The translations under genes were made by a program, and so were the position numbers. Below are positions 1 through 10,600 of a stretch of 64,000 nt of DNA, one piece after another. The notes below the pieces were generated by a model. That model saw only the letters and a program-made list of their open reading frames with translations, was not told where the DNA came from and searched no databases. Source of the stretch: Geosiphon pyriformis uo1 (Eukaryota > Fungi > Glomeromycota); assembly GCA_016748015.1 (NCBI GenBank), contig JAAOMT010000226.1, positions 1,234,370 through 1,298,369 on the forward strand. Reading direction: 5' to 3'. Within the stretch, counting starts at the first letter, position 1, and each line of letters opens with the position of its first letter.

Positions 1-774
1 AGTTTAAGTCCAGCGTGTCTCAATCTCTCAAAAACTTGTTGTAAATGTTGGAGATGATCCGTGAATTTTGACGAGAAAACATTTGTATCATCCAAGTAGA
101 CAACAACGGATTGCCACAGGATTCTGGAGTAAATTACATCCATTAGTTTTTGGAATGTCGTGGGAGCATTTGTTAATCCAAATGGCATTACATTGAACTC
201 ATAATTGTCATTTTGTGTTGTAAATGCTGTTTTATGCCTGTCCTTTGGGTCCATTTCCATTTCTTGAAAATATATCAGAGTATTTTAAAATTAATGCTTT
301 TAATTGTCACTGTTGGTCAGGATCCATTGTTCCAATGTTTAATTTGGCCAATTCTTCTGGTGTAAATTGATAGCATTCTACCAGTTGTTGCCAATTTATT
401 GAAGTGAGTTCACAGTAGAGGACAATTTCTGGGAAATTTAGAATTTCTTGTGGTATTGACGCATTTTCTAGCTCCGTTCCGAGGTATCCAATGATGGTAT
501 CTTCCAGAATGTAGATGGATTCTTCTGTGGTGTTTGCGATAGAAATTTTTATCCATTGAGCTTTATCAGCTGGAATAAAAAGGTTAGTAAGTCCTATGAG
601 AAACTGTTGGCAAGTTTCTGGGTAGGGCTCAAATATTAGGTCTTTTTCTTTAATTGTCCTTTTTATTCTTATTTCTGATTTTCCATATGGTAGGAGCGTG
701 ATGGACTGCTCATTTTTAATTACTTCGCCTTTTTCCTCTATTGTTTCAGTGAAATTCGCTTCAATTCCTTTTCC

Positions 775-1190
775 TGTCGATCCAAAACCAAAAGTTCCTC
801 TCGTTGTTTGTAACAATTCCTCACGATTTTCCACTGGCACAAATTTCCCAATTTTTACCAATGATAGAAAAATTGCTTGTGCAATCTTTTTCTTAGATTT
901 AATGATATAAGGCTTTTCTGAATTGTTCTGTAGCAAAACCATCAAATTTCTAGTGTATCCAGAGTCAATTACTCCTCCTTGAACGCTTATTCCTTTTTTC
1001 GCGAGGCTTGATCGTGACACCATTTGAACCATTATTCCTGGCGGAATTTCAACTGCTATTTTTAGGTCAATTTTGGTGATGCTCCTGGGTGGTAACGTTG
1101 TGGATTGGTCTTCCGGATAACATAAATCGAATCCGGCGTCAGTTGGATGGGCTCTTTCAGGTATTATTCCTAAGTGTCTGTTGTCAAAGT
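775..1190 (-). CDS. dut: trimeric dUTPase domain within copy A polyprotein
   Basis: All five dUTPase motifs are present: AGFDL, RSSLAKKG, GVIDSGYT(R)NL, IAQAIF, RGTFGFGSTG. Confidence 0.93.
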
Positions 1191-3880
1191 ATCGGATGTC
1201 AGTCACCTGTTCTAGGTCGGTATAGGCTACAAATTTTTCTGACTCGGGACTGTCAGGTGAGTTTTGTTGATTTATTGATTGATTTTGAGATTGCTGATTC
1301 TCAATTTCCATTTTTCTTTCTAAGTTTCTTTCGTCTTGACACTCTTCATAGCACTGATTTTGGCACAGGATGAGACAGTTTTCGCAGAGGTAAGTGTTGA
1401 TTTAGGCGAGGTATTGTTCTTGCTCTTGTCGAGTGGGGCATAGTTGTTGGTAGTAGTCCTGAAATTTGTCCACTGGGTCGAACATGTTGTAGCTGGCGAC
1501 TTCGTTGGCTACTTCAGCTGACTCTTTCCAACGTCGTATTTCTTCGGTGGTTCCTCCTCTTACTTTGGCTTGTGCGGTGTTGTACAACTTGTCCTCGTCG
1601 TGTGGGTAGTGCTGTAGTCTTTTTAACGCTCTGTTGAATGCTGCTTCGAATGGTGTTCCTCCTCTTATCCAGTCACAGATGAGGATCATGTATTGGCAAG
1701 TTGCATCACACGTTCCTCCTCTGCCTGGTAAGTTGTTCCAGTCGCACCCTCTTGGTAACGGTTCTCCACAAGCGAAGCACGGTTCCTCGTCCCATTTTCC
1801 GTGTCTTTCTGGGTAACCGTATTTTTCTTTGTTACAATGGTTACAATAGTAGTGGGTGGAGTTTCTTGGGTCTTCGTCTGGTGCGCTGCACGCAGTCATA
1901 GACGAGAGTTTTTTCTTGCAAACTGAGCATTTTAGCTTTGGTCTGTGTCGCTGGTGGTTTCTTCGTGAACTTACCTGGTTCCATTTGGATTTTTCTTTGC
2001 TGGTCCATGTTGGTACGGCTGGTAGTCCTGTTCTTTGGTCATCAGCCCAAGAGAGCTGATAGGTTTCGATGGCTGGTAGTGCTGGATTTTCTTCAAATTC
2101 GAAGGTAGGTCTTTGGTTGGTGCTGGGTTTTTGGAAGTGGCCACAGGTGGCTGGAATTTTGGCCTGGTGGCCATTATAATTGATCAGAAGCTCTTGGGTG
2201 GTCCAGTCTAGGGTGGTGTTGGCTTTTGTTAGCCAGTCATTTCCTACTAATGCTTGATATTGTGTAGCGTCCATTACTAATACTTTTGTAGGTATTACTA
2301 TGCTGTTAATTTTGAAAGGGAATGAGTCGATTTTGCCATGAGACAGCTTTGTACTTCCATTGGCTGTTATGATTTGGGACGTTACGGCACGATCAACTTT
2401 AAAACCCAGTTGGTTTACTAGTTGAAGCGTTACGATGCTTCCAGTGGATCTGCTGTCTAAGATAAGTTTGATTGGGGTATTGTTTACAGTGGCTTCCGTA
2501 TACATAGCAGTGATTGGGCGTTTTTTGTCCAATGCTGCTCCACTGAACATAGCCTCGTTTTCCTCTAATTCAAAAGGAAAAATAGCTGCAAGGCTGCTAT
2601 CTTCGATGGCAACTGTTGGTGGTATTGTCTGGCTCAATTTGGAGGAATTCTTGGTTCTGTTTATGTTTCTACTGTCATTGTTTCTGATGATCAGGTTTTC
2701 CAGTATATTAAGGTAAGTTTGTTGATAATTTTGGTAGTTTGGATTGGTTTGCTGATTGGTTCCGGTGCAGTTTGGATTCCTCTGGACCAACGCGTTCTGG
2801 TTCCATATGGGCTGATTTCGGGCCTTGGGACGCCAATTCGGGTTGGCTATCATGGGCTGTTGCTGGTAAGCTCCTTGATTTTGATATGTGGTGGAATATT
2901 GGCATGGTATTGGTGTGTACTGGTTTCTGGGCATTTGGAGTGGTGCGTAGTAATTATTTTCGCGTGCTTCCTGCATCATTTGCATTTGACATTGACTAAT
3001 CAAATGTCCTACGCATTTGCAAAAATGGCAGGCATGTGTTTCTGTTCTGAATTCCTGGCGCGACAAGTGATTATTTTAACTGTTGCTGACTTCCTGGCTG
3101 CATTTTTGGGGTGGTTGGTATGTATTTTTTCTCGGATCCGGGATGAAGTAACTTTCTATTTCTTAGAGAGTTCCTCCCCTAATCGCATTACTCTTTTCTC
3201 TAATGTTTCTGTCTTATTTTCCTCTATTATCATGTTAACCATTTGACTATGGTTAGCTTCTTTCTCAGCCGATTCAAGAGCTCTGGTGAGCGTAACGGCT
3301 TCTGGTAAGGAATTAGGGTGGGCAGAGCGTACTCTTCCTAAAATGCTGCTTTTTAATCCTCTAATAAACTGATTTAAAACCTGAGGATCAGTGTAGTATC
3401 CTTGTTCAATTGCTTCAATCTAACGGCAAATTTGATTGAATCGAGCAAGGTATTGGGTAACAGTTTCACTGGTATTTTGCTTGATAGTATTGAATTCATT
3501 CTGTAGTTGGATTACAGCGTTTGGGTCACTAAAATACTTCAGGAGTGCATTTTTAAATTTGGCGAAGCTTGTGGATTTTGTTTTCAGGCTTTGATACCAC
3601 GAGTCGGCTGTGCCTTTCAGGAAGAAAGGTAATGTTTGAATTGCTCTTTGGTTGTTCCAGTTATTTGCCTGGATGGCTTTTTGTGCTTCTCTGAGCCATG
3701 TGTGCACGTCCGTTTCTTCTTCCTCTCCTAAGAAATCTGTTAGTCTTGCAATGTATGGTGTGGTTATTTTGTTGCCATTTTCTGCTGGTGGGTTTATTGG
3801 TCTAAGAGGAGGTGAGATGATATTTCCTTGAGCGTTCCTAAAGGTGGCTTCCCTTATATCCGGTTCTTCCTCTTGATCAC

Positions 3881-4096
3881 NNNNNNNNNNNNNNNNNNNN
3901 NNNNNNNNNNNNNNNNNNNNNNNNNNNNNNNNNNNNNNNNNNNNNNNNNNNNNNNNNNNNNNNNNNNNNNNNNNNNNNNNNNNNNNNNNNNNNNNNNNNN
4001 NNNNNNNNNNNNNNNNNNNNNNNNNNNNNNNNNNNNNNNNNNNNNNNNNNNNNNNNNNNNNNNNNNNNNNNNNNNNNNNNNNNNNNNNNNNNNNNN
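3881..4096. other. assembly gap flanked by a duplicated 269-bp contig overlap
   Basis: 3612-3880 is identical to 4097-4365 on either side of the N run. Confidence 0.9.
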
Positions 4097-5213
4097 GCCT
4101 TTCAGGAAGAAAGGTAATGTTTGAATTGCTCTTTGGTTGTTCCAGTTATTTGCCTGGATGGCTTTTTGTGCTTCTCTGAGCCATGTGTGCACGTCCGTTT
4201 CTTCTTCCTCTCCTAAGAAATCTGTTAGTCTTGCAATGTATGGTGTGGTTATTTTGTTGCCATTTTCTGCTGGTGGGTTTATTGGTCTAAGAGGAGGTGA
4301 GATGATATTTCCTTGAGCGTTCCTAAAGGTGGCTTCCCTTATATCCGGTTCTTCCTCTTGATCACGAGTTTTTTGGTTTCTGGACTGGCTGCTTGTTCCA
4401 GTGACTGGTTTTGTAATTGTTTTTTTACTGGTCTCTTTTTCGGATTCCGATTCAGACTCCTCTTCATGGTTTTCAAACCCCATTCTAAATTTTGGCTGAA
4501 AAAGAGGGTTTTGGAATAGTGATGAATATCCTCCTGTAATTGGTATGTCTCCCCAGTTACATTGTTTAATTTTATCAATATAACTAGGAGTTCTTGGCGT
4601 TTGTGGAGTTGATGTTGATGATGATGCAGCTCCTAATGAAATTTGTATCTTATTTTCTGATGAAAAATGGTATAATTTATCTTCTGGTGAATAAATACGT
4701 TGTTTCTTTATTGATTGAGTGACAGTTTTCTTTGGTGTTTGAGCTGGTGTTCCTAGTTTTTGCTGGTTACTTTCCTGATTAGTTTTTAAATTTTCTTTGG
4801 TTTTGTTGGTGCATTCCCTAGTGTTTCCTGTGGATATTGGAAAATTTTCGTTGATGTATTGCTCAATTTTTCAATAGATTTTGACAATAGTTGTGGCTAT
4901 TACTGCTATTTCTTTTGTAGTGTATTGTGATAATTCTCTATACAATCCAAGTTTTGCGTCATGTGGTTCTTCTTCCTTTCCTATATGATAATTTATTCTG
5001 GCATTGATATAATAAGTGAGGGCAGATTCTGCTGGACAACATCCTTCTGGTAATCCAAGATCACTTTGATTTTGTGTGTAAATAGCATGGCAGAATTCAA
5101 GAACAGTAAGATTAGGAGTTTTTGTCGCCACTTTTGTCTTTTCCTTTTTAGCAATGAATTATTGCTAATTATTATTTTCTTTTTGATTTTCTTTCCTCGT
5201 AGGGTTCACCAAA

Positions 5214-6018
5214 TGTTACGGGATGGTTTTCTTGTTATATTTAATTGCTGATATCTTGTTTTAATTGCAATCAGTCTTCCGTGAGTTCCTCAATTCTATT
5301 TGTGTGATAATGTCACTGTTACACTGAAGGCTTTCTTTTTACTGTTGCGATATAAGTTATTCTTTAATTCTTGATTGTTGTGTGTGTTTATGTACTCCTT
5401 CTCAGAGGCTGAACTGAAATCTACCCACTGTCTGGGGTTTTCTCTGAGGCTATCCTTGCAATTGCCTGATGTGTTTCTCTAATCTAGAAACACAGAATGT
5501 TAATGGTCTTTAGCGCTTTTCTAATTCTCACAATAAAGCTTTTATCAATTAGTAACAATGTGAATAATCTTGATCAAGGATTATTCTTCCAAGGGATTCA
5601 NNNNNNNNNNNNNNNNNNNNTTTTTTTTCATTTCTTTTTGATTTTTAAAGGTTTCTTGGGATATTTAATTTGAAAATATGATTTAAAGTGGAGTTTGTTG
5701 GATAAAATTGGATCTGTTGCTTGATAAGTTATGATTTTTATTACTTGATTGATTATTTCCCAATATTAAAACTACTGTATATATACATGTTTGTAGTTCT
5801 ATGAGAAAATACTTTCTTTTTGATATTTCAACCTGGTATTTGCTGCTATCACCAGTTGGTGTTGACTGCTATTGTGAACTGGTGCTTGCCACTATCATGA
5901 GATGGTATTTGCTACTATGTTAATCATTACCTTTCTAAGATTATTACTGTGCTATATTATGATTGAATAGTTTGTATTATTTTTATGATTCTTTTTGCTA
6001 AATTCTTAAACCGTAACA
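5214..6018 (-). repeat. 5' LTR of copy A
   Basis: 8-bp inverted termini TGTTACGG/CCGTAACA; TATA-like run near 5778-5785; PBS adjacent at about 5200-5211. Confidence 0.88.
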
Positions 6019-7510
6019 ACACTGACAATTAAGAGTCTTCCACCAAATATGGCACTTTTTAAGTGTACTAGTTTTGGCAACAGCAAGGTCTAAATCAGCT
6101 TGGGAGCCAAATGTAACTAGAGCAAAGCAGAGACAACAACCAGAATCAAGAGACTGAGGAATGAAACAAGACTGGCCACCAACCTGAAAAATCATATTAC
6201 TAATTTCAAAGACAGTACAGCCAAGAGGAAGGTTGACCAACTTGGCTTTAAATTTATCACAAGACAAAATAGTCTCATTTTGATTTACCAAGGGAAGAAT
6301 TTTAACACTATCCCTGCCCACCAATACTGACCAATGATTCAAAGCAGACATGGCAGAATCCAACTTTTCAAAATGAACCACTACATATTGCCAAATGCTA
6401 GCAGACTTCAGCACAACACAAGTAACCATACCAAAAACACTAAGAGCTGTCTTAATATCAGCAGCAGACACACCCAAAGGCACATCATGCAGCACAACAG
6501 CAGCAGAAGGGGATTCAAACTCAGAAACCACCAAAGACTTGGCAATTTTAAAAGTGACAAGACGAACAGAGCTTGTAAGTTCAACTAAAAATGCAACATC
6601 TAAAGAGATTTGAGAAGCAAATTCCACACAAAAAAGCTTCATATTGTCTTTTGAAACAGACTTAGCACCCAAAAAACCATGTACAAACTGAAAAACAGTC
6701 TTAATATGAGCCAATTTAATTTTAAAAGTAGCACCAAGCACTAAAATGGAGGCCACCTATTTAGCAAACTTTTGACGACTAGTAATAGTTTCTCAAGCAT
6801 CACCAGAAGTAGCACCAGAAACTAGAGAAGGAGATGATTCAGTTTCCATTTGATTAGCCCAGTTCTCAAGAACAGATGAACCAACAGGAAGAGATTGTTT
6901 TCCATCTAAAACTGGTAATGATCTGCCAGAAGACACCATATTTGGCAATACAGCCAGTGGTTGATTTAAGCCCATCTTGGATAATGTACCAGATAATATT
7001 ATGAAGATCTTATCTAAGATCTCATTGGGAACCACAAAGGGGTTTGGTGTAAAAATAGCAGAGACAAGCAACTGCCCCCACTTTTCTGAACTTTTGGTCT
7101 TTTTGATCATTTTTTTGAAGAGATAGTGCTAGAAGCATCAGGTGTTAAATTTATAGAAAGAAAGACCAGCTTATTTACTAGTCTATTATTAAAAACTTTT
7201 GGGCTCTTAGTCGAGGTGGAGGCAACACTGGAACTAATCCAGGTGTGTCTCTTTGAGGGAACTTTGACTGATGAGAAACCAGCCAAAGATGAGGAAATTG
7301 CTTCAGTGGCTACCAAAGACAGCTTATTACAATTACTGGGTAGAGAAAAGACTTCTAAAATGTTCTGCCTAGTTGTTTCTACAATAGAGAAAGCTTCTCT
7401 GGTTGAAATTTTATTAGATATCTCAGGACAGATATCAGATGCAGCTTTTTTACTCTTTGTTCTGATCATGGTTATAAAATTAAAGAGACAAAGAGTTTTT
7501 TTATTTTATT
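6019..7510 (-). mobile_element. LINE ORF1 (gag-like, RRM-like plus Cys knuckle) element, interrupted by Gypsy A
   Basis: ORFs 7107-7469, 6793-7110 and 5998-6756 join through a frameshift and a TGG>TGA stop. RRM-like segments (VVLHDVPLGVSAADIKTALSVFG; AKLVNLPLGCTVFEI) are followed by a Cys motif cut by the LTR. Confidence 0.75.
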
Positions 7511-7524
7511 ATATTTATTAAAAA

Positions 7525-7912
7525 TATTAATATTTGAATTATTTAGATTATTAAATTCTATTATTTTAGATTTTAAACTTTTAATAATATTAAACAATAA
7601 ATTTATTTTGATAAGTTAAAGAGTAAAGTTGTTATATATACATAGTTTTATATTTTTTTTAACTAATTATAGTAATTAAACAAAGTAATAATTAATAAAT
7701 AAATAATAAAAAATATATATTTTTTTAATTCTATTAAACTCAAATAAGTTTGTGAATTTTAAACTAAATTTAGACTTATTAAAAAAATTTAACTTTAAAC
7801 TTAAATCAAATTTACTTTTAAAAATTTAATTTATTTTAGATTTAGTATATAATTTAAACCAAACTTAAACAATATTTAAAATTTGGTTTGATTTGGTTTA
7901 TTAAATTTTTAA
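7525..7912 (-). mobile_element. degenerate terminal fragment of the hAT family
   Basis: Aligns in the same orientation with 59330-59707, including the aaacc/ggttt subterminal repeats. Confidence 0.7.
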
Positions 7913-7914
7913 TA

Positions 7915-10250
7915 TAACAACAGATTTAATTAAAGCAGCCAAATTAAAAATTTAAGATTTTAAAAAATTTAATTTAGACTTAATTATAAAACCAATAATA
8001 AAAACAACCAAAGAAATAACAAAAAAAAAAATAAAAAAAAGCCTTAATATATAACTTAAAATTATTAATAAGCTTAAAAAAAACTTAAAAATAAAAAATA
8101 AAAAATTTTACAATTTAAAACTAAATAATTTAAACTTTAATATTTATAATAATATCAATATTTAAGAGTTTTTTACTAAATATAACACTTATAAAAATAC
8201 CAATTTTTAAAATAACAAGATTTAAAATCTTTAAAAAATTAAATATTATAATAGCAAAATATTAATAATAATAAAAATAAATTAAAAAAATTTTATTCAA
8301 GATCTTATTTAAAATTATAAAAAAATTTAATATAATAATAATAAATATAAATAATTATTGCTGTTTTTTAAAATTTTTGGTTTTTTTGGTTATTTGTAAA
8401 ATAATAATAATAATAATAGTAATAAAAATAAAAAAGGTTAATTTATTAACTGACTTATTATTAAAAACTTTAAGACTTTTAAAAAAGATAAAAATAATAC
8501 TAAAATTAATCTTAATATATTTTTTAAAAAAAACTTTAACTGAAAAAAAACCATTAATTAAAAATAAAAAAATGTTTTAAAAACTGCTTTTAATACCTTA
8601 TTACTATAATAAAAAAATTTTGTTTTATTAAAACTTTATTAGTTATTATAAAAAAAATAATGTTTAAAACTTTTTATTCTTGTTTAAAAATTAAACTAAT
8701 TAAATAAAAATTAAATTTTGTGTTGTTTTTAATAATCTTATTAATTTTAATAATATTTAAAAAACTTTTACAAATTATTAAAAATTTTCTAAATAGATAA
8801 TTTTTATTTTAGTATTTAATAAAATTAAAATTATATTTTAGTTTTACATAGTTTTTTGAATTAAAATTAACTTTTAAAGACAATTTTAGACTTTTTTATA
8901 TAAAGTTTATATTTTAAATTTTTTTAAATACTGCTATTTAAGTTAAATTTGCTAATTTATTTATTTTATTTTTAAGATTATAAAATTTTCTGTAAGTTTT
9001 ATATTTGGTTTTGTTTTTATTATTATAATTTTTTGTAATGTTTTTTTAAGTTATTATTAATAATATTAAAAATACTTTTAATATTTTTAATAAAGTTTTA
9101 AATATTAAATTAAAATTTATTAAAATTTAATAATATATTATTGTTTATTTTAAATATTATAAAATAGTTATAATTATTTTTGTTTATTAATTAGTATTAA
9201 TTAAAAAAAATAATATTAAATTTTTTTTTGCTTAATTAAAAAAATTATTATTTTATATAATATTTTTAAAATCAAAATTAATTAATTTTTTTAACTATAT
9301 ATATCTTTAAAATTAAAAAATTGGGGCTTTAAATTTATAATCATTTTTGTTTTAATTTTTAATTTTTAATTTTTTTTAACAATTTAAATATGCAATTATT
9401 ACTTTTAGTTTTTAAGCTAATTTAAATACTATTATATATAAAATTAATATATTAAAAAAGTATTATATTTAATGAAAAAACTTTTAAATATTAGTATTGT
9501 TTTAAGTATATATTTTTTAAAGTCTTTGTTTAAATTTGTAATTGGTCTTAAAAATTTAAAAAATTATTATTTTTTTGTTATTGTTATAATTATTAATTTG
9601 TAATTAATTTTAAATTAACTTTTTTAAAATTTAAATTAATTAAGTTGGTTTATTAATTAGATTTATTGTTAAATTTATTGGTATTTTAGTTTTTTTGGTT
9701 ATAAAATTAATTAGTGTTTTTTTTTATATTAAAATTAAAAAAAAATTGGAAATCAAAATAAATATTGGTATTTTTAATAAAATTGTTAATAAATTAAACA
9801 AAAAAATAGTTAGTTTTAAGACAAAATATAATATAAATAATAATAATAATATGTTTAATAAATACTCAAATTTTTTAAGTAAAAAAACTTTTATAAAATT
9901 TATAATGTTTTAAAAAATTTAAATTCTTAATATTAAATTCAATACAAAAATTGTTGTATAATTAACTAATTTGATTTTTAAGAAAAATACTTTTGTTATA
10001 ATTTTACATAAAATATTTGCAATAAGTAAGTTCACTTTTGTAGTTTTAATATAGATTAATTTAAATTGGACTTGTGTTTGATTAAATATAAAAAATACAT
10101 AAATTATGTTTAATTTAGAACATTTTATGATTATATTGTATTAAATAGTTAAATAATAAAAAATAATAAAATTATTTGTATTTTTATAATAAAATTACAT
10201 ATATTAGTTTTTTACATCTTTTTAAAAATTATTAGAATTAATTTAATATT
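7915..10250 (+). mobile_element. extremely hypermutated ORF1-only LINE derivative with inverted 5' segment
   Basis: About 8290-8560 matches 7010-7290 (ORF1 5' part, minus strand). About 8670-9880 reads on plus as the decayed downstream ORF1. A non-coding tail follows that matches 20830-21330 in reverse. Confidence 0.6.
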
Positions 10251-10332
10251 TGTATTAAATTAGAATAATTAATCGTGCATTACTCAGGTAAAGTTTTCAA
10301 TTTATAAGTTAATTTAGTCACAACTGATAAAA

Positions 10333-10419
10333 GCCCGGCTGGCGTAATCGGATAACGCACCAGACTTCTATGTTACTGACGATATCTGGGGATTGCGGGT
10401 TCGAGTCCCGCGTCGGGTA
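10333..10419 (+). tRNA. tRNA-Arg-TCT: tRNA-Arg(UCU) with 13-nt intron (10371-10383)
   Basis: Acceptor stem GCCCGGC/GTCGGGT; D stem GCGT/ACGC; anticodon stem CCAGA/TCTGG with TCT at 10367-10369; intron at the canonical 37/38 position; T arm GCGGG-TTCGAGT-CCCGC; T runs downstream. Confidence 0.95.
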
Positions 10420-10547
10420 CAATTGAGAGATTTTAGAAGTTTTATTTTGAGTATCTTAAAAAGTTGACAAAACTGGCATCACCATTTTTAAGTTACTCAA
10501 CGTAATACAATATAAATTCAATTCAAAAACACCCTCGTTTTTAAAGG

Positions 10548-10555
10548 TCGCGTTT
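10548..10555 (-). promoter_or_regulatory. MCB-like (ACGCGA) element upstream of the NASP gene
   Basis: TCGCGTTT lies about 50 bp upstream of the ATG. It is a single short motif, though a G1/S element would fit a histone chaperone. Confidence 0.3.
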
Positions 10556-10600
10556 AACACGTAAATATTACAAATATTTCAAACAACTTCTTGTATCGTA

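Larger units (their letters stand above)
1..5131 (-). pseudogene. gag-pro-dut-pol polyprotein of copy A, disrupted
   Basis: ORFs 4871-5131, 3854-4483, 3420-3707, 1402-3066 and 307-1311 join into one reading. Breaks are CGA/CAA/CAG>stop changes (307, 1402, 3420, 4871), a 1-nt loss near 3160 and a deletion in RT near 262. Confidence 0.9.
1..6018 (-). mobile_element. Ty3/Gypsy LTR retrotransposon copy A (least mutated, dUTPase-bearing; 3' part runs off the window start)
   Basis: 5' LTR 5214-6018 has perfect TGTTACGG...CCGTAACA termini (spans a 20-N gap) and is followed by PBS-like TGGTGAACCC. Domains in order: capsid-like Gag (WLREAQKAIQANNW...FLKGTADSWY), CCHC (CHFCKCVGHLISQC), aspartic protease (LILDSRSTGS, ALVGNDWL), dUTPase, RT (MPFGLTNAPTTF; YLDD at 87-98). 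It interrupts a LINE ORF1 at 6019. Confidence 0.95.

Noticed and set aside
3150-3170. Programmed gag-pol frameshift in copy A
   Set aside because: It looks like a 1-nt loss in an A run; B reads through the equivalent KKVENY segment in one frame.
698-3246. Plus-strand ORFs opposite copy A, and the many short I/K/N/F/L-rich ORFs elsewhere
   Set aside because: They are antisense shadows of TE coding sequence or by-products of AT-rich decay, with no independent motifs.
3612-4365. Apparent tandem duplication in gag
   Set aside because: Identical 269-bp copies flank an N gap exactly, which is typical of an unmerged contig overlap.
7500-10250. Organellar insertion or AT-rich endosymbiont DNA
   Set aside because: The sequence aligns to hAT and LINE ORF1 copies elsewhere in the window once transitions are allowed.
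10333-10419. Local tRNA-Arg as primer for the neighbouring Gypsy elements
   Set aside because: Its 3' end (...GGGTA-CCA) would need a PBS starting TGGTACCC; the observed PBSs are TGGTGAACCC, TGGTGCTCTC and TGGTGCTTCC.
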